Of a stretch of DNA of 64,000 nt, positions 33,176 through 43,165 are shown piece after piece (positions within the stretch are counted from its first letter, which is position 1; every line of letters starts with the position of its first letter). This stretch comes from Myxococcota bacterium. GTDB lineage: Bacteria > Myxococcota_A > Polyangia > Nannocystales > Nannocystaceae. A program made the translations under genes and the position numbers. The DNA is taken from positions 273,393 through 337,392 of the forward strand of contig JBCCHT010000004.1 of the NCBI GenBank assembly GCA_039028615.1, written 5' to 3'. A model generated the notes under the pieces. It saw nothing but the letters and a program-made list of their open reading frames with translations, ran no database searches and was not told the DNA's origin.

Positions 33176-33589
33176 ATGACCATCGACTTCGGCAGCGAGC
33201 TCGAGCACCGTACCCCGCAGGGGTGGGTCGTCCCGACGAAGCGATACTGGGAGGAGATCGGGTTCGAGTTCTGGCCCGACTTCGACGAAAACTACCACGC
33301 GCTGTACGTGCTCACGGCCGATGCGTATCGGCTGCGCGGGGCAAAGCTGCCGGCCCCCATCGTCGATGCGCCGCGTGGCCGAGCCCACGACTGCCCGGCC
33401 GAGCTCATCGACCGGGGCCACTCCGCCATCAGCTGGCTGACGGTCGAGGAACTGTTGCTCTACGACTGGGAGTACGCGTTGCAGCACCGCTCCGAACCCG
33501 CGGGCTATTGGCTGGTGCCGTTGCTCGACTCGCTGTACCAACTACGACCGCCGAGCGACTATCGAATCTCGTTTTGGGCGATGGTGTAA
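33176..33589 (+). CDS. Small hypothetical protein (copy 2)
   Basis: C-terminal part of the 346-aa ORF; paralog of 31581-31994. Confidence 0.8.
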   Translation: MTIDFGSELEHRTPQGWVVPTKRYWEEIGFEFWPDFDENYHALYVLTADAYRLRGAKLPAPIVDAPRGRAHDCPAELIDRGHSAISWLTVEELLLYDWEYALQHRSEPAGYWLVPLLDSLYQLRPPSDYRISFWAMV

Positions 33590-33755
33590 CGACGCGGTCG
33601 GGCACATTTCGCGAGAGGCCCGTAATCGCGGGAAATCTCTTACATACGCGGTGAACTGCGGTCATAGGCTGTCATGGTGACTCGGCTGGCTGCCCCCTAG
33701 GTTGGGTTCGCAGCCCCGGCATTTCGCGGGGCCCCCCAACACGGAGATCAGCCCA

Positions 33756-35693
33756 ATGCCTCAGATCCATGACCTTCGCGGCCTTTTCCTCTCTCGCGCC
33801 TGGACCCTCGCCGAACACCGTCCCGCTTCCATCGCGGCGTCACGGGCTCGGCTCACCGTAGCGGGTGCGCTAGGCCTGCTGCTCGCGGGATGCCCGAGCG
33901 ACGACGGCATGGTCATTGCCGACGCAGGGGGTGAGACCGAGGGCAGTGGCGAGACCGACGACGCCGTGACGGACGACGGCATGGCCGAGGCCGGCACCCC
34001 GATGGCGACCACCGACGCCGCCACCGGGACCGGTGGTGAAGAGGAGACCGAGGGCGTCGACGAGTCGAGCGGCGACGAGTCCACCACCGATGACGTGGAC
34101 CCGAGCTGCGGCGACGGCATTCTCGACGATGGCGAAGAGTGCGACGACCACGGCGAGTCCGCGCTGTGCAACGCCGACTGCACCGTGTCCTCCTGCGGTG
34201 ACGGGACGGTCAACATCCTCGCCGGGGAAGAGTGCGACGACGAGGGTGAGTCCTCGGGCTGCAACGACGACTGCACCGAGGCGATGTGCGGCGACGGGAT
34301 CCTCAACGCCAGCGCGGGCGAAGACTGCGATGGCGATGGCGAGTCCGCCGAGTGCAACGCCGACTGCACCCCGACTCAGTGTGGCGACGGCATCATCAAC
34401 GAGACGGCCGGGGAAGAGTGCGACGACAGCAACATGGAGGATCTCGACTTCTGCTCGAGCACCTGCCTGGCCGCACCGTCCCCCGTGCTCGATGCCGACC
34501 ACGTGTTCGACACCGACACGGGCGAGCTCGATGGCGTGCCTCAGTTCTGGGATGCGGCCACCAGCACCTGGTTCCTCAACGGGCTCGAGATCCAGGAGAC
34601 CGGCGTGCTCACCGTGGTCGGTAGCAACTCGCTGACCATCGTCGCCGACGGACCCGTGTTGGTCGCGGGCACCATCGACGGCTCGGGCCAGGACGGAGGC
34701 ACCCCCAATATCGACTCACCCAACTGCGATACCGCTGGGCTCGGCGGCATCCCGGGGCCCGGTGGATTCGCGGGTGGCGACGGAGCGGGTAACGGCGGCA
34801 CCGGTACGGAGGATGGCGCGCCGGGACAGGGACCCGGCATGTCGCCCGCACAGGGCGGGGTCGCTTCGACGGTCACCGAATCTCTTTTCGCGGGCGCGGG
34901 TGGAGGCGGCGGCGGCCACCTCGTCGCCGGTTCACCCGGCTCGGCAGATCCAGCCACGGGCGCGCAGGCGGGCGCCGGAGGCGAGGCACACATGAGCGTG
35001 CCTCCGCTCATCGGCGGAGGCGGAGGCGGAGGCGGTTCGGTCGAAAAGGACGCATCGATTGGCGAAGGGACGCTCAGCAGCCTCGACGATGATGGCGCAG
35101 GCGGGGGCGGAGGCGGAGGTGCCATCGCGATCGACTCCGCCGTGGCCATCGTGGTGACGGGGACCATCAACGTCTCGGGGGGCGCCGGGGGCAACAACGA
35201 TGGGGCCGGCTGTGCCGATCAAGGTCTCGGGGGCGGCGGCGCGGGGGGAGCGATCCACCTGCTCTCTCCGTCGACGGATATCGGCGGAGCAACCCTCGAC
35301 GTCAGCGGTGGCTTGGGTGGCGTGACCGACAGTGCGGACCCCGCCGCCGTGGTCTTGAACGGCGGAGACGGATCCGAAGGGCGCATCGTCGCGCCGCCCA
35401 CCGGCTATGGCATGTGCACGCCGGGTGGTGGCCCGACCGAGTGCATCATGGGAGAGGGCTGCCTGACGGACGACGTCGACACCCCGACCTTCGGCATCTG
35501 CGTCACCATCGGATGTGCCGTCGATGCCGACTGCCCTGCCGCCCCGGGCTCGGGGACCGCGGCTGCGCTGTGCGTCGACATCACGGGAGACGGCGTCGCC
35601 GAGGAATGCGTGCTCGACTGTTCGGCGGGCGAAACCTGCCCCGCCGGGATGGACTGCTTCAACGACAACATCTGCGTGCACACCCTCGAGTAG
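33756..35693 (+). CDS. Surface lipoprotein with myxobacterial Cys-rich repeats and a Gly-rich domain
   Basis: Lipobox LAGC; 4 x CGDG...GEECDD repeats; poly-Gly tracts; Cys-rich C-terminus. Start uncertain. Confidence 0.85.
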   Translation: MPQIHDLRGLFLSRAWTLAEHRPASIAASRARLTVAGALGLLLAGCPSDDGMVIADAGGETEGSGETDDAVTDDGMAEAGTPMATTDAATGTGGEEETEGVDESSGDESTTDDVDPSCGDGILDDGEECDDHGESALCNADCTVSSCGDGTVNILAGEECDDEGESSGCNDDCTEAMCGDGILNASAGEDCDGDGESAECNADCTPTQCGDGIINETAGEECDDSNMEDLDFCSSTCLAAPSPVLDADHVFDTDTGELDGVPQFWDAATSTWFLNGLEIQETGVLTVVGSNSLTIVADGPVLVAGTIDGSGQDGGTPNIDSPNCDTAGLGGIPGPGGFAGGDGAGNGGTGTEDGAPGQGPGMSPAQGGVASTVTESLFAGAGGGGGGHLVAGSPGSADPATGAQAGAGGEAHMSVPPLIGGGGGGGGSVEKDASIGEGTLSSLDDDGAGGGGGGGAIAIDSAVAIVVTGTINVSGGAGGNNDGAGCADQGLGGGGAGGAIHLLSPSTDIGGATLDVSGGLGGVTDSADPAAVVLNGGDGSEGRIVAPPTGYGMCTPGGGPTECIMGEGCLTDDVDTPTFGICVTIGCAVDADCPAAPGSGTAAALCVDITGDGVAEECVLDCSAGETCPAGMDCFNDNICVHTLE

Positions 35694-35758
35694 CGAACGG
35701 GAGAGACCGCGCTTCGTCACCGAGCCGAGCGGCCCTGCGCCGCTCGGCTCTCTTTCGT

Positions 35759-36889
35759 TCAGGGCGCAGTGGCGCCGCGGTCGAGGTAGCCGATCGACAC
35801 GCGAAACCCGAGGTGGTCATCCGCGCTGCGCGGGTCGTCGCCCTGCCGAGAGTCGGCGCGAATGTTGTGACCGAACTCGACCTCGTCCGGCGAGACCCCG
35901 ATGCGCCCGGCCGAGCCCGCCCAGAACCCGCCCTTTTGCGCTCGAATGTCCCCACCGATCGCGCCGATGGGATCGTCGATGGCCTCGGCCGAGAACATGC
36001 TCAGGTGGTCGTGCACCCACTCGGTGAGGTTGCCCGCCATGTCGAGCGCACCGACCGGTGAGGCCCCCGCAGGGAACAGACCCACCGGGCTGGTGATGGG
36101 ATAGCCGTCGTCGACCCCCCGATGCACGATGGACTGCTCTGTTCCGGGAAAGAGCCGATCGAAGGATTCGTCGGCGTAGTTGGCCCGGGTGCCATCGGGC
36201 GGGGCGTCCCCCCAGGGATAGGCCCGGCCATCGGTGCCCCGCGCCGCGTACTCCCACTGCGCCTCGGTGGGCAGCCGAAACGGCAATCCGGTCTGCTCCT
36301 CGAGCCATTGTGCGTACGCGACACCGTCGTACCAGCTCACGCAGTTGACGGGGTGCTCGTCGGTCACGATCGCTTCGGGGAAACGCTCGGTCACCCGCTC
36401 GAATGCGTTGCGCCAGTCGTAGCCGGGCGTGGGCGTGAACCCCTGGGCGCCGAACTCGTAGACCCAGCAGCCATCGTGACCCGGCTGCTCCACGTCGGTG
36501 ACGAATCCGGTCTCCTCCACGAACGCCCGAAACTGCCCGCGCGTGACCGGAGTCTTGGCGATCCAGTAGTGCGACAGCCGGACCTCGTGCGCGGGCGAGG
36601 ACGGGTACGACTCGGTCACCACCCCCGAGTGCAGCGCGTCATTGCCCGATACGAAGCTCCCCTCCGGTACGTAGATCATCACGATCCCGTGATCGAAGGT
36701 CGCCTCCCAGAAGCCCTGCTCGTTGAGCTCCAGGCTCGAGGCTCGCGCCCGCACGAACTCGAGTTCGTCCTCCATGGTACGAAGCTCGGCGATCGGCTCA
36801 CCGGGGGTGTTGGGGCCGAGGTCGGCTCCGCGACAATTGAACAGGCCAAGGGCGACGATGAATGCGGGAAGAGTTCTGCCGGGCATCAT
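35759..36889 (-). CDS. FGE-sulfatase (SUMF1/PvdO-like) domain exported protein
   Basis: HPVNCVSW, RLPTEAQWEYAARG, DMAGNLTEW, GFR motifs. Confidence 0.92.
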   Translation of the reverse strand: MMPGRTLPAFIVALGLFNCRGADLGPNTPGEPIAELRTMEDELEFVRARASSLELNEQGFWEATFDHGIVMIYVPEGSFVSGNDALHSGVVTESYPSSPAHEVRLSHYWIAKTPVTRGQFRAFVEETGFVTDVEQPGHDGCWVYEFGAQGFTPTPGYDWRNAFERVTERFPEAIVTDEHPVNCVSWYDGVAYAQWLEEQTGLPFRLPTEAQWEYAARGTDGRAYPWGDAPPDGTRANYADESFDRLFPGTEQSIVHRGVDDGYPITSPVGLFPAGASPVGALDMAGNLTEWVHDHLSMFSAEAIDDPIGAIGGDIRAQKGGFWAGSAGRIGVSPDEVEFGHNIRADSRQGDDPRSADDHLGFRVSIGYLDRGATAP

Positions 36890-37072
36890 GAGGGTCGTAA
36901 TTCCAGGCTAGGAGCGAACCCCGGCCCGGACGAGGGCGGTGCGACGAGCGGTCGGGCTCGGTCGACTAGCGGTGAACGGCGGACGCCCCGCCAAACCGAG
37001 TTCCCCTCCCCGATCGTCTTTTTTCTCCCGTCCGCGTCAGATCGACGGCCGTCGGCGGCGAGGGCCACAGCG

Positions 37073-38197
37073 ATGCCCCACCGCCCCCTCCACCAGCACG
37101 AGCCCCTGCGCTGGCTCGTGTCCGTCCTGAGCCTGTCCACCCTCGCGTGCGACGTCGCCGACGATCGCGACGATCTCGAGTTCCGCTCCGAGCGAGCTCC
37201 CGTCCGCTCGCTCGATCCCGCACCCGAGCCCGAGCCCGAGCCCGAGCCCGAACCCGAGCCCGAGCCGGATCCCGATCCCGTCAGCGCCGAGGAGCTCGTC
37301 GGCATGTCCCTCGACGAGTTCTTCTCGGTCTCGCCGTGGACCGCGGTCTACGAGATGAGCGCTCCGCCTTCGCCGACCCACCCCTACGGCGGAAGCCCGG
37401 TCAACAGCTACGACCGGGGCTGGCCCGCCCACGCGATGCAGTGGAAGGACTACGTCGCCCCCGCCAGCTACACCCTGGACATGAACGCGGCGACGACGGC
37501 CATCGCCGGCGTCTCCGGGCTGGGGCTGAACGTCAACCCCACCGACAACACCCACCTCGATGGTTTCGAGTCGGGCGGCGCGGTGTTCAGCAATGATCCG
37601 CCCGGCACCTGGATGACCGCGAACTTCCTCGATCCCGCGGTCGGCCTGGTCTACGCCGCGATGGTCATGCACCTGTGGGGGAGCCCGGTCTACGTCGATG
37701 CCACCCACAACTACCAGGCGGGCTCGGGCGCGCTCGGTTCCTTCAGCCACACCATCGCGCTGCAGCGCCTCGAGTTCACGCTGACCAGCGCGCCGAACCT
37801 CCACGCCGCGTGCGGCCTGCCCACCAACGCCGCCCCCAACGTGGCGCTGACCGTCGTGCCCAACTGCACCCACGGCGCTCTGCTGTCGGCCGAGCGCGTG
37901 ACGCTGTGGAACGACTACCTGTGCCCGGGGTGCCCCACCGGAAACTGGGTGCCGTACCACCCCGACACCTCGATCGGCACCAGCGAGCTCGTAGCCGCCT
38001 GGGCGGGCAGCCTCGCCTTCAAGGGGCAGATGGTCTTCGATCCACCCGCGGACACCACCGAGGAGGACCTGACGGGCCTGGCGGTGTTCGCCGATGCGAT
38101 GGCCGACCAGGTGCTGATCGAAGGCGACGACGGCACGCTGGTGCGGCTGCGCGACTACGTGGCCAACTTGGAGCACTCCGAGCCCAGCGAGGGCTGA
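37073..38197 (+). CDS. Hypothetical lipoprotein with (PE)n linker
   Basis: Lipobox TLAC; PEPEPE run; strong GC3 bias. Confidence 0.75.
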   Translation: MPHRPLHQHEPLRWLVSVLSLSTLACDVADDRDDLEFRSERAPVRSLDPAPEPEPEPEPEPEPEPDPDPVSAEELVGMSLDEFFSVSPWTAVYEMSAPPSPTHPYGGSPVNSYDRGWPAHAMQWKDYVAPASYTLDMNAATTAIAGVSGLGLNVNPTDNTHLDGFESGGAVFSNDPPGTWMTANFLDPAVGLVYAAMVMHLWGSPVYVDATHNYQAGSGALGSFSHTIALQRLEFTLTSAPNLHAACGLPTNAAPNVALTVVPNCTHGALLSAERVTLWNDYLCPGCPTGNWVPYHPDTSIGTSELVAAWAGSLAFKGQMVFDPPADTTEEDLTGLAVFADAMADQVLIEGDDGTLVRLRDYVANLEHSEPSEG

Positions 38198-38259
38198 GCC
38201 CGAGTCCCGACGCGCTCGCCCCTCGGGGCGAGCCGCGTGCGTCCGATCTGCGGACGCAG

Positions 38260-39378
38260 CTAGGCGCGGTACTGCCGGGATCTCGACACGCTCATCAAGA
38301 TCCCGAGGCCGACCATCATCGTCAGCACGTTCGATCCGCCCGCGCTGAAGAACGGCAGCGTAATGCCGGAGACGGGCACCAGCTGGAGCACCATGCCCAT
38401 GTTGATCGCCACGTGCCAGAAGAACAGCGCGGCCACGCCCGTGCACAGCAGCGCGCCGAAGCGATCGCGGGCCTGGCTGGCGATGTTGATCGACCACAGC
38501 GTGAGCCCGAGATAGAGCGCCAGCGCCATCGCCCCGCCCACGAAGCCCCACTCCTCCGCGTACACGGCGAAGGGGAAGTCGGTGAAGGGCTCGGGCAGAA
38601 AGCCGAGCACGTTCTGCGTGCCCTGGTCGACGCCGCGGCCGAAGAACCCGCCGTTGCCCACGCTGATGATGGCCTGGATCGTCTGGTAGCCCTCGTCGTC
38701 GGCGTACAGCTCGGGGTTGAGCCACACGTCGATGCGCTTGCGCTGGTAGTCGGCCATGTAGCGCCAGCCCAGCGCCACCGCGACCAGGGCGGCGAAGCCC
38801 GCCCCCAGCATGCTGCGCAGGTGCAGCCGCGTCACCGACAGCACGGGGAACGCGACCAGCAAGATCATCACCCCGGTACCCAAGTCGGGCTGGTTGATGA
38901 TGAGCGCCGCGGGCAACAGCACCATGGCGAAGGGGATGACCAGCGTCCGAAAGCTCTGGGTCTTGCGGGTCGACGCGTCGTGCAGATAGCGAGCGAGCGC
39001 CACCACCAGCAGGACCTTCATGACCTCGGAGGGCTGCAAGCGGTAGTCCTGCGTGCCCAGCCACCGTCGAGCGTTGTTGACCTTGATCCCGATGAGCGGC
39101 ACCAACACCAACAGGCCCACCCCCGCGGCATAAGCCGCGTACGCCAGCCGGTAGATCACCCGGTAGTCGATGGCGGTGACCACGAACATGACCACCGTGC
39201 CCAGCGCGACCCACCGCAGCTGGGTCGCCACGCGGCCGGTCCAGTCGCCCTTGCCCGCGCTGTTGAGGTTGATGAGGGCCAGCGCGATGACGCCGAAGGC
39301 CAGCAGCACCACCACCCAGTCGATGGACTGACGCAGGCGTCCCCACAGGTCGCGCGGCTGGCCGAGGAGGTCGCTCAT
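38260..39378 (-). CDS. rodA: Rod shape-determining protein RodA
   Basis: LQPSE, QPDLGT, FLPEPFTDFPF, EEWG, LPFFSAGGS motifs. Confidence 0.96.
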   Translation of the reverse strand: MSDLLGQPRDLWGRLRQSIDWVVVLLAFGVIALALINLNSAGKGDWTGRVATQLRWVALGTVVMFVVTAIDYRVIYRLAYAAYAAGVGLLVLVPLIGIKVNNARRWLGTQDYRLQPSEVMKVLLVVALARYLHDASTRKTQSFRTLVIPFAMVLLPAALIINQPDLGTGVMILLVAFPVLSVTRLHLRSMLGAGFAALVAVALGWRYMADYQRKRIDVWLNPELYADDEGYQTIQAIISVGNGGFFGRGVDQGTQNVLGFLPEPFTDFPFAVYAEEWGFVGGAMALALYLGLTLWSINIASQARDRFGALLCTGVAALFFWHVAINMGMVLQLVPVSGITLPFFSAGGSNVLTMMVGLGILMSVSRSRQYRA

Positions 39379-41426
39379 GGCGCGGCTCCGGTGGGGGTGC
39401 TGCCCCCGGCGCGAGGGAGCTTGGCCTTGGCCTGGCCCGGCAGCGGCGGCGGCACGCCGTAGGGCCGCGGCGCCGCCTTGGTCTCGGACACGCTCTGGCC
39501 GATGTAGTGGTTGACCACCTTCATCACGATGGGCGCGGCCGCGTCGGCACCGATGCCGCCGTGCTCGACCATGGCCACCACCACGATGGAGGGGTTCTCG
39601 GCCGGGGCATAGGCGGCGAACCAGGCGTGGTCCTGCGAGGTATCCCAGCCCTCGATCTGCTCTTCGTCCTCGTCGTCGTCGGTGCGCCGCCGCTTCTCGC
39701 GACCGACCTGCGCGGTGCCGGTCTTGCCCGCCACGACGATGTTGGGCAGCCGCTCGGAGTACGCGGTGCCATCCTCGTTGTTGACCACGCCGACCAGGCC
39801 CCGGTGGATGCGCTCGCGGTCGACCGGATCGATGACCGGCTGATCGTTGCGCCGCTGGGGCTGGCTGGTGAACACCAGCTTGCCCTCGTTGGTCTCGATG
39901 TGATCGACCAGGTACGGCGTCATGACGTAGCCACCGTTGGCGATGGCGGCGTAGAGCACCGCCAGCTGGAGCACGGTGGCCTTCACGTTGCCCTGCCCGA
40001 TGGCGCTGTTGAGACGCACACCACCTTGGTACGTGCCCTCGCGCGCCTCGAACTCCTCGGTGGGAATCGTGCCCCGCACCTCGCCGTTGAGGCCCAGGCC
40101 CGAGCGCTCGCCCAGGCCGAGCGAGCGCGCCACCTGCTCCATGCGATCGAGGCTGAGGATGTTGTCGACCGCGAGCTGATAGAAGTAGGTGTTGCAGGAC
40201 TCGACGATGGCCGTCTCGAGGTTCATCGGCCCGTGCACGTGGGTGTCGCGGAAGGTCCGGCCACCGAACTTGAGGTAGCCCTCGCACTCGAGCTCTTCGT
40301 CGGGGTCGAACTCGGGGTGGGACAGCGCCGCGATGGCGGACACGACCTTGTAGGTCGAGCCGGGGAAGAAGTGCTCCTGGACCGTCTTGTCGATGAAGGG
40401 CTGGAGCGGGCTGTTGGCCCAGGCCTGATAGGTGGCCGAAGAGATCGGCTGCTCGTACAGGTTGGGATCGATGCCCGGCACCGAGACCATGGCGATGATC
40501 TTGCCCGTCTTGATCTCCATGGCCACGACGCCGCCCGCCAGCTTCTCGGACAGCGCGTCGTAGCCCACCCGCTGCAGGTCGAGATCGAGGGTGAGGTAGA
40601 TGTCCTGGCCGGGGATCGGGTCGGTGTCTTCGGGCAGGGCCTCGACCGCTTCGTGCGGGGGCTCGTCGACCTCGCGCCGACGGGCGTCCACCACCCGCGC
40701 GCGCCGACCCAGACGCCCCCGCAGGTAGTTCTCCCACTGCCGCTCGATGCCGGTCTTACCCGTGCGATCGCCCGGCCGGTACCCGAGGTGCTTCGAGCGC
40801 TCGAGCCCGCGCGGGCCGATGTTGCCCATGTGCCCGGTGAGGAAGCCGATGAGCACGCCCTCGGGGTAGTAGCGCTTGGAGCTCTCGCGAATCTCCACCC
40901 ACGGGTCGATGGTGTCGAGCCGCGCTTGGATGCGGGCGAACTCCTCCCAGTCGAGGTTGCGGCGCACGACCTGCGGGTACTTCCCCACCGCCTCGTCGGA
41001 CCGCAGCTCCTCGATGCGCGCGACCACGGTGTCGCGGTCTTCGTCGTCGACCACGTCGATGAGCGAGACGATGAGGTTGCGGGTCTCATCGTCCATGACC
41101 ATGCGCTTGCCCTCGGGGCTGGGCACCACGCCCGCCTCGCCGTCACGCGTGAACCGGGCCCACGCGGTGATGTACAGGGTGTAGGCCGGTCGGTTGGTGG
41201 CGACGGGCCGGCCCTCGGCATCGAAGATGCGCCCGCGCGGGGCCTCGACGTCGACCACGTCGAGGAAGTTGCGCTCGGCCCGACGGGTGTAGTGGTCACC
41301 CTCGAGGATCTGGATCTGGCACAAGCGACCGAGCAAGCCCAGGAACACCAGGCAGACGATGAACACCATCGCCTGGAACCGGGGTCGGAGCTCCCGCAGA
41401 TCGTCGCGTTGGCGCAGGTTGATCAT
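39375..41426 (-). CDS. mrdA: Penicillin-binding protein 2
   Basis: PGSTYK (SxxK), SCN, KTGT motifs; operon context. Confidence 0.96.
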   Translation of the reverse strand: MINLRQRDDLRELRPRFQAMVFIVCLVFLGLLGRLCQIQILEGDHYTRRAERNFLDVVDVEAPRGRIFDAEGRPVATNRPAYTLYITAWARFTRDGEAGVVPSPEGKRMVMDDETRNLIVSLIDVVDDEDRDTVVARIEELRSDEAVGKYPQVVRRNLDWEEFARIQARLDTIDPWVEIRESSKRYYPEGVLIGFLTGHMGNIGPRGLERSKHLGYRPGDRTGKTGIERQWENYLRGRLGRRARVVDARRREVDEPPHEAVEALPEDTDPIPGQDIYLTLDLDLQRVGYDALSEKLAGGVVAMEIKTGKIIAMVSVPGIDPNLYEQPISSATYQAWANSPLQPFIDKTVQEHFFPGSTYKVVSAIAALSHPEFDPDEELECEGYLKFGGRTFRDTHVHGPMNLETAIVESCNTYFYQLAVDNILSLDRMEQVARSLGLGERSGLGLNGEVRGTIPTEEFEAREGTYQGGVRLNSAIGQGNVKATVLQLAVLYAAIANGGYVMTPYLVDHIETNEGKLVFTSQPQRRNDQPVIDPVDRERIHRGLVGVVNNEDGTAYSERLPNIVVAGKTGTAQVGREKRRRTDDDEDEEQIEGWDTSQDHAWFAAYAPAENPSIVVVAMVEHGGIGADAAAPIVMKVVNHYIGQSVSETKAAPRPYGVPPPLPGQAKAKLPRAGGSTPTGAAP

Positions 41427-41433
41427 GGCCGCG

Positions 41434-41979
41434 TCACTTGCCCGTCCAGTAAGCCTGCTGCGGGGGCCTGTCGTCCAGCCTCAACGCGACCAAGAGCCGA
41501 TCGACGCCCGACCACAGCGGCGGCGCGACCAGCAGGGTGGCCAGCGCATGCCAGTGCAGCACCCGCGTAGCGTTGAGCAGCGCCTCGCGCGGCACCTCGA
41601 GCGGCTCGGCCAGCGCCAGCAAGATGGCCAAGGTCAGCGCATCGACGAGCAGCGCGGCCAGCAGCCCCGCCGCCGCCCGCGTGACCCACCCGGTGATGGC
41701 GAAGCGCCCCGAGACCCAGCGCAGCACGAGAAAGCCGAGCCCGTGCGCCAGCGACAGCACCCCGGTGGGCGCGCCCTGGTGGAGGTCTTCGAGGTAGCCG
41801 AGCGCGATGGCCAGCGCCAGGCCGAAGTGAACGGAGGTCCCGGCGGAAAACGCCGCGTGCGTGATGATCACCGCCGAGGTGGCGGGGAGCATGATCGTCA
41901 GCGACAGGACGTCGGCCAGCCCGCCCACCACCGCGATGAGCACCCAGCCGAGCATCAAGTAGACGAAGGTCCGCAGCAC
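41434..41979 (-). CDS. mreD: Probable MreD
   Basis: Polytopic membrane protein between mreC and mrdA; GYLEDL motif. Confidence 0.75.
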   Translation of the reverse strand: MLRTFVYLMLGWVLIAVVGGLADVLSLTIMLPATSAVIITHAAFSAGTSVHFGLALAIALGYLEDLHQGAPTGVLSLAHGLGFLVLRWVSGRFAITGWVTRAAAGLLAALLVDALTLAILLALAEPLEVPREALLNATRVLHWHALATLLVAPPLWSGVDRLLVALRLDDRPPQQAYWTGK

Positions 41980-41993
41980 GGTCGGTTCCTTCC

Positions 41994-42878
41994 CTACTGT
42001 ACGGGCTGAACCCCGCGGGCCTGGACGATGGGTCCGGTTCGCTCGCCGCGGGGATCGGGCCGCGGCGCATTGGCCAGCACCACCCACACCACGTCGATGC
42101 GGTCGAAGCGGACGGAGGGCACCACGTGCAGGCGCTGCTGATCGCCGACCAGCGGCTCGATCTCCACGACCTGCCCCACCGGGTGACCCTTGGGAAACAG
42201 CTCGTCCACGCCGCTGGTCTGCACGAGCTCGCCGACCTCGACGTCGTAGTCCTTGGAGACCTCGAGCGAGCAGCTGTCCTCGGTGCGCCCGACCAAGATG
42301 CCCTGGGCCTTGGTGCGCGCCAGCTCGACCGCGATCTTGGAACGCGGGTCGGTGATGAGCATGACGTCGCTGTAGTCGTCGAAGGACTTGTCGATGCGGC
42401 CGACCACGCCGTCGGGCGAGATCACGGCCATGCCGGGGCGCGCGTACTCGGAGCCGCGATCGACCCGGATGTTGACCACGCGGAAGAAGGGTGACTGGTC
42501 GACGCCCACGCGCTCGGCGGGGATCATGTCCTCGGGCACCTTCTCCCGCATCTGCAGGGCGCGCCGCAGCTGCTGGTTCTCCTCTTGGAGATGGATCAGC
42601 TCCCGCATGCGCTGGCGGAGCTCGCGGTTTTCTCCCGATAGTCGCTCGTTGGTGTCCTGCACCCGCGCTTGCAGCAGCCAGCGTTCGAAGAACGCCCCCA
42701 GCATGCCCGCGCTATAGGAGACGCCCGCCTCGAGCGGCGCACCGATCCGCCGCACCGCTCGATCGAAGCCGCTCATCTCGTGCGGGTCTTGAGCCGTGCT
42801 GCGCAGCAGCAGCACGGGGATCCCCAACAGCACCACGATGAGTGCGACGTTGCGGATGTTGCGGAGCGAAAGGTCCAT
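41994..42878 (-). CDS. mreC: MreC
   Basis: TM plus coiled coil (ENxxLR); GVVGRI; TSG...FPKG. Confidence 0.93.
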   Translation of the reverse strand: MDLSLRNIRNVALIVVLLGIPVLLLRSTAQDPHEMSGFDRAVRRIGAPLEAGVSYSAGMLGAFFERWLLQARVQDTNERLSGENRELRQRMRELIHLQEENQQLRRALQMREKVPEDMIPAERVGVDQSPFFRVVNIRVDRGSEYARPGMAVISPDGVVGRIDKSFDDYSDVMLITDPRSKIAVELARTKAQGILVGRTEDSCSLEVSKDYDVEVGELVQTSGVDELFPKGHPVGQVVEIEPLVGDQQRLHVVPSVRFDRIDVVWVVLANAPRPDPRGERTGPIVQARGVQPVQ

Positions 42879-43165
42879 GGCGGAGCGGCGAACAACGGCC
42901 CAGGCACTTCCCTTGTTCCAGGAGCCTGTGGGGGCCGCGTCGACCAACCGTGCCAGCTTTGGGCAATTTCGCAAACGGCGCGGCCCGCCGGGGTGCGTGA
43001 ACCTCGCGACCGCTGCGCGCCCGGTCCGGCCGGCCGCTCGGAACTCGCCAACCGCGCAGATCTGGGCGGACCTCGATCACGAAACGCGCGCCGCAGACCG
43101 CCGGGCACCGCTCCGAACGGGCGCAGGGCGCCTCGACGCGGTTCGCGGCGTGCGTTTTGCGCGAC

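Noticed and set aside
32549..33541. Apparent long overlap of the 510-aa and 346-aa ORFs on opposite strands
   Set aside because: Paralog alignment places the true starts at 33145 and 33176; the extensions are shadows.
37221..37280. Hexamer tandem repeat (also 2581-2700) as a possible CRISPR or non-coding repeat
   Set aside because: In-frame PE/PS linkers with no spacers and no cas genes.
39379..40737. Apparent N-terminal extension of RodA (825-aa ORF)
   Set aside because: Alternative frame of mrdA; RodA begins at the ATGA overlap at 39378.
42940..42957. TGGCACG sigma54-like site upstream of mreC (similar one near 9975)
   Set aside because: No GC at the -12 position.
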